From Candidatus Geocrenenecus sp. JGI 0000106-J15 (lineage in GTDB: Archaea > Thermoproteota > Nitrososphaeria_A > Caldarchaeales > Wolframiiraptoraceae), in contig ASPF01000004.1 in assembly GCA_000405685.1 (NCBI GenBank), positions 23,027-87,026 on the forward strand: a stretch of DNA of 64,000 bases, given 5' to 3'. Position 1 is the first letter of the stretch, and each line of letters starts with the position of its first letter. The notes under the pieces were generated by a model, which worked only from the letters and a program-made list of their open reading frames with translations, was not told where the DNA came from and made no database searches. Both the position numbers and the translations under genes were made by a program. Below, piece after piece: positions 28,382 to 37,028 of the stretch.

Positions 28382-28624
28382 TTATTTTTTCTCTTTTATT
28401 GTTGGTGAAACCATTATGATGTTATCTCCACGTACGACTATTGTTCCTAACTGTTTTGATGAAGTATTTTCATCATCAAGTTCTTCTGCCTGTTCAAGGA
28501 TAAGGTTCATATGTTGATCATATCCTTGCAGAATACCTCTAAGCATTCTTCCATTCCTTAATCTTACGAGTACTTTTCCTCCAAGACTTTCAGAGAGAAC
28601 TCTTAGAGATATATCTGTAGACAA
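28382..28624 (-). CDS. Sm-like archaeal protein (LSm/SmAP)
   Basis: 80 aa. Sm1/Sm2 motifs ([26 protein letters not shown] ... [11 protein letters not shown]). Upstream of rpl37e on the same strand. Confidence 0.88.
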   Translation of the reverse strand: MSTDISLRVLSESLGGKVLVRLRNGRMLRGILQGYDQHMNLILEQAEELDDENTSSKQLGTIVVRGDNIIMVSPTIKEKK

Positions 28625-28931
28625 TTTATTTCACCGCTTCTCTATTCAATAGAAATTATGCTTGATATTAAGGTTTCTTCTAGAAAAAGGTTTTTCCATC
28701 TACAGCTCTTTCAGTTCAGTAGATATCTTCATTATATTTAGATTCAGGTAAGGTTGAGAGACAGGAAGAGTCTGGTTCTTTCATCGATCTTAGTTAATCC
28801 AGTCAAAATATTGGGTTGAACAAGATCCCTTGAGGGTAAGTAGAGAATAATACTCTAATGTTATAAGGATATCTTGAGCATCAGGCTCCAAAGGATAGAT
28901 TTTTCTTATAGATGTATCTATTGTTTTCCGC

Positions 28932-29276
28932 ATGATCAATGAGAAAGAAGCCAGCTTAATCGAGGAGATTGAAGAAGAAGTAATTAAAATTGTTAAAATG
29001 GCTGAAGAAGTAAATGAAAAAACTTCCATGAAAGTAGCTAATGTTTTCAAAGTGAGGTATCTCCGCCTATTAAGTGGACATTCTGAGATTTTAGAATCTA
29101 TCAGTAGAGGGGAGCTTGTAATAGCTTCTCTGGAAGGGTTAGAAGACGGCATACTGGAGAAAGCAGTCAAAGAAGTTAAAAGTGAGGTTGCAGAGAAAGG
29201 TGGAAGCTTATACTTTATCTCTAAACCCGTTATCTTAATCTTACCTAGAAATGGATTACTAGTAGAAGAAGTCTAA
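28932..29276 (+). CDS. hypothetical protein (small, acidic)
   Basis: 114 aa with E/K/I/V-rich composition typical of this genome's real proteins. Preferred over the overlapping antisense ORF 28790-29170, which is Ser/Thr/Leu-rich and low complexity. No recognisable domain. Confidence 0.45.
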   Translation: MINEKEASLIEEIEEEVIKIVKMAEEVNEKTSMKVANVFKVRYLRLLSGHSEILESISRGELVIASLEGLEDGILEKAVKEVKSEVAEKGGSLYFISKPVILILPRNGLLVEEV

Positions 29277-31195
29277 GTCTTGATCTCTAGAGTTATCGAG
29301 TCAAGATTTCTAGGCGTATAGATTCTAGAGGTAGGTAAGATTTTAGAAATGTTTTTAGATAGATTTGAGACTGCTTCAGGTTCACCGTGGACTAGAACAA
29401 TATTTCTAGGTTTAGGTTGAATAGACTTTACATACTTCACAAGTTCCTGCATACTTGAATGCCCTGAGAATCCATCTATCTTTGTAATCTCCATCTTGAC
29501 GTTTATTAATTCAGGCTTACCATCTTCTCTCATTAACCTCACTTCTCTTATATCTTTAAGCAATCTTCTTCCTAATGTTCCCTCAACTTGATAGCTAACA
29601 AACATGAGAAGATTCTTCTCATCTTCAGCGTATTCTCTAAGATATGTTAGTATTGGTCCTCCTTCAAGCATTCCAGATGTAGCTATTATGATCGTTGGTC
29701 CAGCCATATCTAGGACTTCTTCCCTCTGCTGCTGACTCTTAACAGGCGTAAAGTATTCAGTTATAAAAACATTCTTATTCTCCATTACTTGTTTAGCTAT
29801 CTCTTGATTCATGTATCGTGGGAAGGCTACATGGATTCCCGTTGCTTCTATTACTAATCCATCTAGAAAGACTGGAACCTCAGGAATGCTTTTAGTCTCG
29901 AATAGATGATTAAGTATTAACATTATTTCTTGAGCTCTTCCAACGGCGGGCACTGGTATTAAGATCTTCCCTCCCCGTTCAACAGTCTTTGTGACATATT
30001 CTGCCAGTATCTGCTCACTTTGAGCTCTACTGTAAGAGACCTGTCCTGCACCATAAGTACTCTCCATAATTAATGTCTCGATCCTTGGAAACTTACTTAT
30101 ACATGCTTCAAGTGTTCTACTATCTTCAAACTTGAAATCGCTTGTATACACTATATTGTGGAAACCTTCTCCTACATGTATATGGACAGACGCTGAACCT
30201 AGGATATGTCCTGCATTATAAAATGTTATTCGAACGTCGGGGGTGACGTTTGTTACAACTCCATATCCTAAAGGAACTGTATGCTGAATTGCAAGCCTTA
30301 CATCAGCTTCACTATATGGTGGGAAGAGACCCTCCTTCTCAGCAACACTTATGAAGTCAAGCTGCTGCATCAACATTAATGGTAGAGTAGGTTCAGTACA
30401 GTAGACGGGCCCCCTATATCCATACTTGAATAAGTATGGAACCATCCCCATATGGTCTAGATGAGCATGGGTTATTATGATTGCATCTAGTTCTTCTACT
30501 ATATTTTCAACTGAATCAAATCTTGGGATCATGTCTAGATTTGTTGAACCACTTGGAGAATATCCACAGTCAAGCAGTATCTTGCTCTCAGTAGTCTGTA
30601 GAAGGATTGCCGACCTGCCAACTTGCTGTCCTGACCCTAGAATTGTTATTAATGCTTCATTAACTTCGAAGATCTGGTCTCTGAAAACTCTTTCACCAAT
30701 ATTTCTTAGAACTTGAATTCGATATTGTGGATCTCCATATATTATCTTCTTTATCTTTTCAATAGTTTTTGTCTGCATTGGAGGCTGTCTTTCAACTTTG
30801 ATAGTCCACAAGATCATACTACTTAACTGCTTTAACTCATTCTCTGAAGGTAAGGGTCTATCTGGACTTAACTCAATTATTACTTCGCCAAGTGTTTCAT
30901 TAAAGATTGTTCCTGGAGTATTTCCAAAAAATTCTCTAATCTTTTCTTCTACGTCTTCTCTCGGCATTCTTATCGATTCATCAGGTCTGATTGCTACTCT
31001 CTTTTTTATAAGGTTGACAAGATCTTTAGCTACTTGGTCTTGGTTCACGAATAATTCAGGGTTCTTAGTATAGATAGCTATTCTAGGTCCTTCAAAGTCT
31101 ATCTTGGTTATTCCAGCTTCCAGTGGATTTATGACAGAAAAGTATCTAACTATTTCCTGTCTAAGCTTATTCAATGTAAAGAGTTGCTGGGCCAT
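29273..31195 (-). CDS. fttA: aCPSF1/FttA: KH-domain beta-CASP metallo-beta-lactamase ribonuclease (archaeal transcription termination/RNA processing factor)
   Basis: 640 aa. N-terminal KH-type region, MBL motif HAHLDHMG and beta-CASP motifs (...ESTYG..., HGEP at the C-terminus). This length and architecture are diagnostic of aCPSF1. Confidence 0.92.
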   Translation of the reverse strand: MAQQLFTLNKLRQEIVRYFSVINPLEAGITKIDFEGPRIAIYTKNPELFVNQDQVAKDLVNLIKKRVAIRPDESIRMPREDVEEKIREFFGNTPGTIFNETLGEVIIELSPDRPLPSENELKQLSSMILWTIKVERQPPMQTKTIEKIKKIIYGDPQYRIQVLRNIGERVFRDQIFEVNEALITILGSGQQVGRSAILLQTTESKILLDCGYSPSGSTNLDMIPRFDSVENIVEELDAIIITHAHLDHMGMVPYLFKYGYRGPVYCTEPTLPLMLMQQLDFISVAEKEGLFPPYSEADVRLAIQHTVPLGYGVVTNVTPDVRITFYNAGHILGSASVHIHVGEGFHNIVYTSDFKFEDSRTLEACISKFPRIETLIMESTYGAGQVSYSRAQSEQILAEYVTKTVERGGKILIPVPAVGRAQEIMLILNHLFETKSIPEVPVFLDGLVIEATGIHVAFPRYMNQEIAKQVMENKNVFITEYFTPVKSQQQREEVLDMAGPTIIIATSGMLEGGPILTYLREYAEDEKNLLMFVSYQVEGTLGRRLLKDIREVRLMREDGKPELINVKMEITKIDGFSGHSSMQELVKYVKSIQPKPRNIVLVHGEPEAVSNLSKNISKILPTSRIYTPRNLDSITLEIKT

Positions 31196-31208
31196 AACTA
31201 TGATTTAC

Positions 31209-31940
31209 CTAGTATACTTGTCTGATGAATTGAGAATAGAGGGGTCTTTTATCTTCTATACCTAGCTCTACATAGTTTCCTCCAATTTTGATGTATCCTA
31301 CATCTATACTATCTCCCGAGCCAATATCTCTCTGAATAGCTGCAGCTACTGCTTTAAATGCTAATCTAGCTGCTTCTTCTACTGATATTCCGAAACTATA
31401 TTCACTTTCTAGTATTCCATAAGCAACAGGGGAGCCTGAACCTGTTGAGATTATAGTCTCCTCCGTCATAGATCCTGTTAAATCTATGTTAAACATATGT
31501 GGACCAGTATTATCGACTCCTGCAATAATCAATTGTGCAATGTATGGAAAGTATCTATAATTAAACATCAAGTTTGAGGCTAGTCTAGCTATAGATACTA
31601 TATCCATCGGTAGACCTCTCGATATATGGTAGTATCTTATGTTTGCTCTAAGTAGGTCTATGATTGTTTGAGCATCTGCTACTCTACCTGCAATAGTTAT
31701 TGCTGCATAGTTTGAGAGTGGGAATAACTTCTTACCTTTTCTATGAGCTACGAAGAATCCAGCTGTAACTCTTGTATCTGTAGCTAATGCAACACCATCT
31801 CTAACAACTAACCCTACTGTAGTAGTACCAGTCTTAACTCTCTTTGAGACATCTATATTTGAAGAGAACATTTCCTTTACACCAACCAGGATTAGAGGGT
31901 CTACCAAACCTGAGTTAGTCTTCGACCCCCTTATCATCAT
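31209..31940 (-). CDS. psmB: proteasome subunit beta
   Basis: A propeptide is followed by the catalytic Thr in KTGTTTVGLV, then Ntn-hydrolase fold motifs. The start is uncertain: ATG 31940 or the internal ATG 31871, which would give a shorter propeptide. Confidence 0.92.
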   Translation of the reverse strand: MMIRGSKTNSGLVDPLILVGVKEMFSSNIDVSKRVKTGTTTVGLVVRDGVALATDTRVTAGFFVAHRKGKKLFPLSNYAAITIAGRVADAQTIIDLLRANIRYYHISRGLPMDIVSIARLASNLMFNYRYFPYIAQLIIAGVDNTGPHMFNIDLTGSMTEETIISTGSGSPVAYGILESEYSFGISVEEAARLAFKAVAAAIQRDIGSGDSIDVGYIKIGGNYVELGIEDKRPLYSQFIRQVY

Positions 31941-32087
31941 TTCGAAAAACTTTCATAAAAATGTTTACTTATGAAAAACCCTCGAGTAGGCTTATTACCA
32001 GAGACTTATAGAGTATAAAAATATCCCCTTAGTCTACGGAAGCGTCCTCCAATAATCATAAGCGAATAGTTAATAAGCAATTTTTAT

Positions 32088-32111
32088 CATGACCTATCCG
32101 AAAAGGTCATG
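32088..32111 (+). other. 8-bp perfect hairpin/palindrome enclosing the FKBP start codon
   Basis: CATGACCT (32088-32095), loop ATCCGAAA, AGGTCATG (32104-32111). The right arm contains the ATG at 32109. Confidence 0.35.
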
Positions 32112-32966
32112 TCTGATGACGTAACTGAAGAAGAAAAATCCTCAAGGAGTAGTAGAAGAGGCAGGAGAAGTAGAGCTAAAACGGAGGTTGAAGAAACAGA
32201 ATCACAGTCTATTGAAGAAGCTCAGCCTACTGAAATTAAAGCAGAAGAAGAGAAGATAGAAGAAGTTAAACCTCCTACAAAGATTAAGATAGGAGATTTC
32301 GTATTGATAGATTATACTATAAAAGTAAAGGAGACAGGTGAAGTAGTAGATACAACAATAGAAGAAGTTGGAAAGAACTATTTTGAAGCAGGAAGAATAT
32401 ATGAGCCTAAGCTAGTTATACCTGGAAAAGGCTTACTCCTGAAAGCTATTGAAGATGAATTAATAGATTTAGAGCTTAATCAAGAAAAAACCTTCGAGAT
32501 CTCTCCTGAAAAAGCATTTGGTGCTAGAGACCCGAATAAGGTGAAAGTAATCCCTATTAGAAGATTGAAGGACGTGGAAGGACCGATAACTGTAGGTTCA
32601 AGAATAACGATCGATGGTAAAGAAGGAGTAGTTAGAAGCATCGGGTCTGGAAGAGTACAGGTTGACTTCAACCCATACCTAGCTGGTAAGAGTCTTGAAT
32701 GCTGGATAAGAATAGTAAATATTATTGAAGACAAGATCGAGAAGATCAAATCATTGATCCATACAAGGATTCCTGATGTAGATATCAACAAATTTGAAAT
32801 AATTCAAGATAGAGAAGAATTAAGAATAACTATACCGAGAGAAGCATTTCTATTTCCTGGTCTTCAAGTTTCTAAGAGAATATTAGCTAAAGATATCATA
32901 GATCATATTGAAGGCATTGAGAAGATCGTATTCTTAGAGAACTACGATAGGCAGATGTTTCAGTAG
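32109..32966 (+). CDS. long-type FKBP peptidyl-prolyl cis-trans isomerase with charged N-terminal extension
   Basis: The FKBP core begins at IKIGDFVLIDYTIKVKETGEVVDTT, followed by IF-insert and C-terminal domains typical of archaeal long FKBPs. The first approximately 57 aa are low complexity (SSRSSRRGRRSRAKTEVEETE...). Confidence 0.85.
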   Translation: MSDDVTEEEKSSRSSRRGRRSRAKTEVEETESQSIEEAQPTEIKAEEEKIEEVKPPTKIKIGDFVLIDYTIKVKETGEVVDTTIEEVGKNYFEAGRIYEPKLVIPGKGLLLKAIEDELIDLELNQEKTFEISPEKAFGARDPNKVKVIPIRRLKDVEGPITVGSRITIDGKEGVVRSIGSGRVQVDFNPYLAGKSLECWIRIVNIIEDKIEKIKSLIHTRIPDVDINKFEIIQDREELRITIPREAFLFPGLQVSKRILAKDIIDHIEGIEKIVFLENYDRQMFQ

Positions 32967-33613
32967 AGTGTCATAAGCTCGACTTCAACATCTTCTCCTA
33001 AATCAATCATTGCGCACAGACCATTTTTAGCAGCTCCAGAATTTACGATAGTTGTTTCATCTATCTTAACTATTCCTCTCCCTTCATGAGCATGGCCACA
33101 TATCATTAACTTAGGGTGATGATTCTCAACATACATCTTCACAGCCTTGCTTCCAATATGCTTAACACCAGTATAATCTACATCAAGCCCATAGGGTGGG
33201 GAATGACTAACAAAGATGAAACCAGGTTTCCGTGGAACAACTTTCTTCAACATATCCTCAACTTCTTCTTCAGTAAACTCTATTAAAGTCCCATATCGAC
33301 CTACAGCTCCTCCTAACCCTATAAACTCCCAACCAGAGAAATCTACCGATCTTAGATGAAGATTCTTGATAGAAGTATTTGTCGGAGTCCACTCTAGTAA
33401 TGCTTTAGGATCACAGTTTCCTGGAACAAAGAATACCTGCCTACCAGACTCGGATATTCTCTCTAATAACATTTCAGCATCTTCTATCTCTCCGAAATGA
33501 GTCAGATCTCCAGTTACAGCTATTAGGTCGGCCCCTATCTCTCCAGCCTTCTGGATGATCTTCTCAACTGCACCCATATTACCATGAATATCACTTATAT
33601 GTAGAATCCTCAT
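32960..33613 (-). CDS. metallophosphoesterase (YfcE/MJ0936-like)
   Basis: MRILHISDIHGN, GDLTHFG, GNCD and GHAHEG motifs. ATG 33613 is preferred over the listed 33658 because the family starts at M-R/K-I-xxxSDxH and a TATA-like TTTCTATATAT lies just upstream. Confidence 0.85.
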   Translation of the reverse strand: MRILHISDIHGNMGAVEKIIQKAGEIGADLIAVTGDLTHFGEIEDAEMLLERISESGRQVFFVPGNCDPKALLEWTPTNTSIKNLHLRSVDFSGWEFIGLGGAVGRYGTLIEFTEEEVEDMLKKVVPRKPGFIFVSHSPPYGLDVDYTGVKHIGSKAVKMYVENHHPKLMICGHAHEGRGIVKIDETTIVNSGAAKNGLCAMIDLGEDVEVELMTLY

Positions 33614-33707
33614 CCTAGAAGACATAAGCATATATAGAAACCTAAAAACCTTATTCATTTGAAAAGAAAACCGTTATATCGAGAAAATATATTAAACATG
33701 ATTGAGT

Positions 33708-33812
33708 GCGGGGGTACCCGAGTCAGGTCAATGCTGGTCAGAAGCGACAATAGGGGGCAGGCTTAAGACCTGCTGGCGTAGGCCTTCGTGGGTTCGAATC
33801 CCACCCCCCGCA
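33708..33812 (+). tRNA. tRNA-Leu(TAA) with an intron in the D-loop
   Basis: Acceptor GCGGGGG/CCCCCGC and anticodon stem GCAGG/CCTGC. Loop is CTTAAGA with TAA at 33764-33766, and the variable arm is TGGCGTAGGCCTTC. The anticodon loop is uninterrupted, but about 20 extra nt (33732-33751) sit between AGTCAGGTCAA and the 3' D-stem AGGG. Confidence 0.85.
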
Positions 33813-34106
33813 TCGAGACTTGTATTTTGATACTGCTTTAGCCTAGAGGTTAGATTTCTATATCCATGGGCTCGATAAATTCTAGATGAGAAGGCCAACT
33901 CGTTTTATTTGTCTTAAATGTTTGTTGTAAAATCTCTAGTTTCTCATCTCTCTTTTCTCCATAACTGTAGAGTTAAATCTAATTATATTCTTCCATAATG
34001 TATTTTACGGGAAGTGTATTTTATAGCCCTATATAATAGGGGCCTGTTGTTTGATTCTAAAATTACTTAGGAAATTTTATTTACCTGATTATAGAGTAGT
34101 ATATAG

Positions 34107-34679
34107 ATGTCTAAGACTAGGAGAATGAGTGTTGTTAAGCCTAAAATATGTTTTATGGATTTAGAAGCGACAGCTCTTGATGCTGATGTAGGATATCTTG
34201 TAGGAGGAGGATTTATGGATGAGAGAGGTAGATTCAAATGGTTTTATTCTGATATACCTTCAAAAGAAAAAAAGACGTTATCATCAATCATAGAATATAT
34301 GGTTAAGCATCACATAGTATTTACTTGGAATGGAAGTAAATTTGATATACCCTTCTTGGCTACACGATCAATTAAACATAATCTTAGAGCAGAGTTAGTC
34401 TACAGACCCACCCATCTAGACCTAGCAGAATTCATCCGTAACTACTTTAAGCTTTCATTTGTTAATCTTTACCACGTTGCTAGGTTTCTAAACATAGGTA
34501 AAGACACTAGTGTAGAAGGTATAGATGTCCCATCACTATACTTAAAAGCAGTAAAAAATGATAAACGTGCTGCAATAAGGATCAAGAATCATTGTAGAGA
34601 CGATCTCGAGGTTCTAAGAAAAATCTACTTTAAGATCCTACCTATCTTAAGAGAGGTTAGACCTGAGCTTACCCTCTAG
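34107..34679 (+). CDS. stand-alone RNase H-fold 3'-5' exonuclease (PolB-exonuclease/YprB-like, DEDD type)
   Basis: 190 aa. Exo I FMDLEAT, Exo II WNGSKFDIPFL and Exo III-like HCRDDLEVLRKIY. Confidence 0.6.
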   Translation: MSKTRRMSVVKPKICFMDLEATALDADVGYLVGGGFMDERGRFKWFYSDIPSKEKKTLSSIIEYMVKHHIVFTWNGSKFDIPFLATRSIKHNLRAELVYRPTHLDLAEFIRNYFKLSFVNLYHVARFLNIGKDTSVEGIDVPSLYLKAVKNDKRAAIRIKNHCRDDLEVLRKIYFKILPILREVRPELTL

Positions 34680-34697
34680 CCTCTTAAATTCAGATAA

Positions 34698-36101
34698 CTA
34701 CTGTATCTGGACTATCTTAACTAGATGGATAGGTTCATCTTTTAACCCATAAGTCAGTATTACTATGTCTCCATTATTTACTTCTCTTGAAGACTTCAAT
34801 GTAGATAGCATTTCTTCAAGACCTTCAAAGTATTCTACGGCATTAACCTTCACAGGTTTAACTCCCCATAGTATTGAGATCTTGCGTATTGTCTTAGGAG
34901 AACCTGAGCATGCATATACTTTAACATTTGGACGATTACGCGATATTCTTAAAGCTACTCTACCAGTCTTAGTGTAGATAGCTATCGAGGCTCTAAGAGA
35001 TTCAGCCAGCATCGTTATACCATCAGCAAACCTATCTCTAACATCTATCTCCCTGGATAGCTTAATCTTTCTAGGGGTAATAGTCGAATCATATGTTTCG
35101 ATAACTTTTTTCAACCATTCAACGGATTCTATAGGGTACTTGCCTGCAGCTGTTTCACCTGTCAGCATTAAGGTATCTACTCCATCTCTAGCTGCAGATA
35201 GTATATCTACTATCTCGCTCCTAGTAGGTATAGGGTTATCTATCATTGATCCTAATAATTGCGTGGCTACTATTACTGGTTTACCTCTCTCTAAGCATTT
35301 CTCTACAATATATTCTTGAAGTCTAGGTACATGTTCTAATCCAAAATGCATTCCAAGATCGCCTCTTGCAACGAGTAATCCATCTGATGAATCAATTATC
35401 TCTTTTAGATTATTCACTGCTTGTACTGTTTCTATCTTACTTATAACTCCAAGTTCTACTCCACCAAGGGAGACCAGCGTAGACCTGAGCAGCTCCACAT
35501 CTCCGACATTTCTAACATAGCTTAATCCAATATAATCGAAGTCGTTTAATACACAGAATCTTGCTGCTTCTAGATCTCTTCTTGAAAGAGTTGGTAAACC
35601 TATCTCTCGGCCTTTAATCACTATAGCTTTCCTTGAGCTTATCTCCGCAGGTGTTAAAGCTTTAACTGTAGCCTCTCTTTTTTCAACCTCTACTACTTGA
35701 AGCTGGATCCTTCCGTCATCCATTAGAAGAATATCTCCTATATGGATATTCTTGAAGAAGAGTTCAAGTGATAGTGGGAGAACCTTCTCATCATCTCCAA
35801 CCGTATCTCCAAATATTATCTTCGCTAAATCATCTTTCTTCAGATGTACTTTACCTCTTATTTCTCCAAGCCTAATAGATGGACCTGGAAGATCTCCTAT
35901 TAATGCAACATACTTGTCTAAGTTTTTACATGAGTCCTGTATTAAGTCTACATATCTTTTCCATTCTTCAACTGTTCCATGACTAAAGTTTATTCTGAAA
36001 GAAGAGATTCCTAGTTCGAGAATCTTCTTAATCTTCTCGATGTCAGCTGAGGCAGGACCTATAGTAACAGCAATCTTCGTTCTCAACCTAGTTCTAGACA
36101 T
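34698..36101 (-). CDS. pyk: pyruvate kinase
   Basis: 467 aa. TKIAVTIGPAS, RINFSHG, ISKIE, MVARGDLG and ATQLLGSM motifs. Confidence 0.93.
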   Translation of the reverse strand: MSRTRLRTKIAVTIGPASADIEKIKKILELGISSFRINFSHGTVEEWKRYVDLIQDSCKNLDKYVALIGDLPGPSIRLGEIRGKVHLKKDDLAKIIFGDTVGDDEKVLPLSLELFFKNIHIGDILLMDDGRIQLQVVEVEKREATVKALTPAEISSRKAIVIKGREIGLPTLSRRDLEAARFCVLNDFDYIGLSYVRNVGDVELLRSTLVSLGGVELGVISKIETVQAVNNLKEIIDSSDGLLVARGDLGMHFGLEHVPRLQEYIVEKCLERGKPVIVATQLLGSMIDNPIPTRSEIVDILSAARDGVDTLMLTGETAAGKYPIESVEWLKKVIETYDSTITPRKIKLSREIDVRDRFADGITMLAESLRASIAIYTKTGRVALRISRNRPNVKVYACSGSPKTIRKISILWGVKPVKVNAVEYFEGLEEMLSTLKSSREVNNGDIVILTYGLKDEPIHLVKIVQIQ

Positions 36102-36513
36102 TCTTACTGTAACAGTAAGTTAAAGAGTTTACTATAATAGACAAGCTGGAGAAAGGCTCATTGGAGTACTCTCAAAGCAGAAACAATATGGAGAAAGTTA
36201 AGCATAAACTATTGAACGCTCTCCGGCCAAATGGGTGCAGCGGCATCCTTATATTGACTATCTATGAACAGGTTAACAAGAAACTCAATGAACATGGAGT
36301 AGCCTAAATCGTCTTAGTCTTCACAGCGCTATTAGGCCTGAGAAAAATGATGGATCCCGCCTTCCTTAATATACGAATCTATATGTTCAACAGCCATCAA
36401 GCCGTCGCAAATCTACGTCAACATCCCTAGCCTCAGCTGTATCATTTATGAGAAAAGAATAAGATATTATATAGATGGTTTTTTATAGATAGAGAGATTA
36501 TGGTGTGGGAGAC

Positions 36514-37023
36514 ATGAAGGAGAGCATTCATGAGAAGTATAAGATTCATAGAATGGTTAAGAACGCTTCAATAATTAATTTGTCTATTTCGATAATCTGG
36601 ACTTTTCTTATAGTGCTTCCCCTCGAGCCTTTCTCAATATTGTTGAGAATAATTGTAGGTGGAGGACCTGGAGTCTGGTTTCTTCTAGCATATCTACTTC
36701 ACCTGATCATTGGGTATGTGGGGTTTACTGGATTATCATTCTTGTATTATCTTATTGAGGAGAAATGGGAGACTAAGCTCAATAATAAGTTTATTATAGG
36801 TGGATTTTACTTACTGTTCATTGGGGTTAACATTACGTTAATCACGCTAGCTGTAGCAGGAGCAATTGGAGGATATTATCTGAATATAATACATGCGCCA
36901 GTTGAAGATGTGAGAAGCATTCTAGAGCCGATGGTGAACCCGATAAGGATGCTCAGCTTAATCACGATAATAGGAGCATTAATATTTCTAGTCCCAGCCT
37001 ACAAAGCTCTTATACGAAAATAG
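36514..37023 (+). CDS. 4-TM membrane protein, paralog of 38023-38580
   Basis: Shares the pattern R-I/V-I..G..G.WF...YL..LI.G..G......YY.IE ... IGGY with the 185-aa protein at 38023-38580. ATG 36514 is preferred over GTG 36505. No known family recognised. Confidence 0.55.
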   Translation: MKESIHEKYKIHRMVKNASIINLSISIIWTFLIVLPLEPFSILLRIIVGGGPGVWFLLAYLLHLIIGYVGFTGLSFLYYLIEEKWETKLNNKFIIGGFYLLFIGVNITLITLAVAGAIGGYYLNIIHAPVEDVRSILEPMVNPIRMLSLITIIGALIFLVPAYKALIRK

Positions 37024-37028
37024 TTTCA

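Noticed and set aside
28790-29170. 126-aa minus-strand ORF overlapping the 114-aa plus-strand ORF
   Set aside because: Its Ser/Thr/Ile-rich low-complexity product has no start context. The plus-strand ORF has composition like genuine proteins of this genome and a TATA-like tract upstream, so I kept the plus-strand call, itself only at moderate confidence.
33708-34679. Integrated element at tRNA-Leu(TAA), and likewise at tRNA-Ala(CGC), 50411-53582
   Set aside because: Accessory-looking genes sit next to tRNA genes. However, the flanks contain no integrase and no duplicated tRNA 3'-end (att) fragment such as GGATTTGAACC or GGTTCGAATCC.
36102-36504. Structured RNA gene (SRP RNA / RNase P RNA) in the pyk-downstream gap
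   Set aside because: The tRNAs show that structural RNAs in this genome are very GC-rich with long GC helices. This region is only mildly enriched in GC and has no obvious long-range helices or conserved SRP or RNase P motifs. It is kept only as a possible gene remnant.
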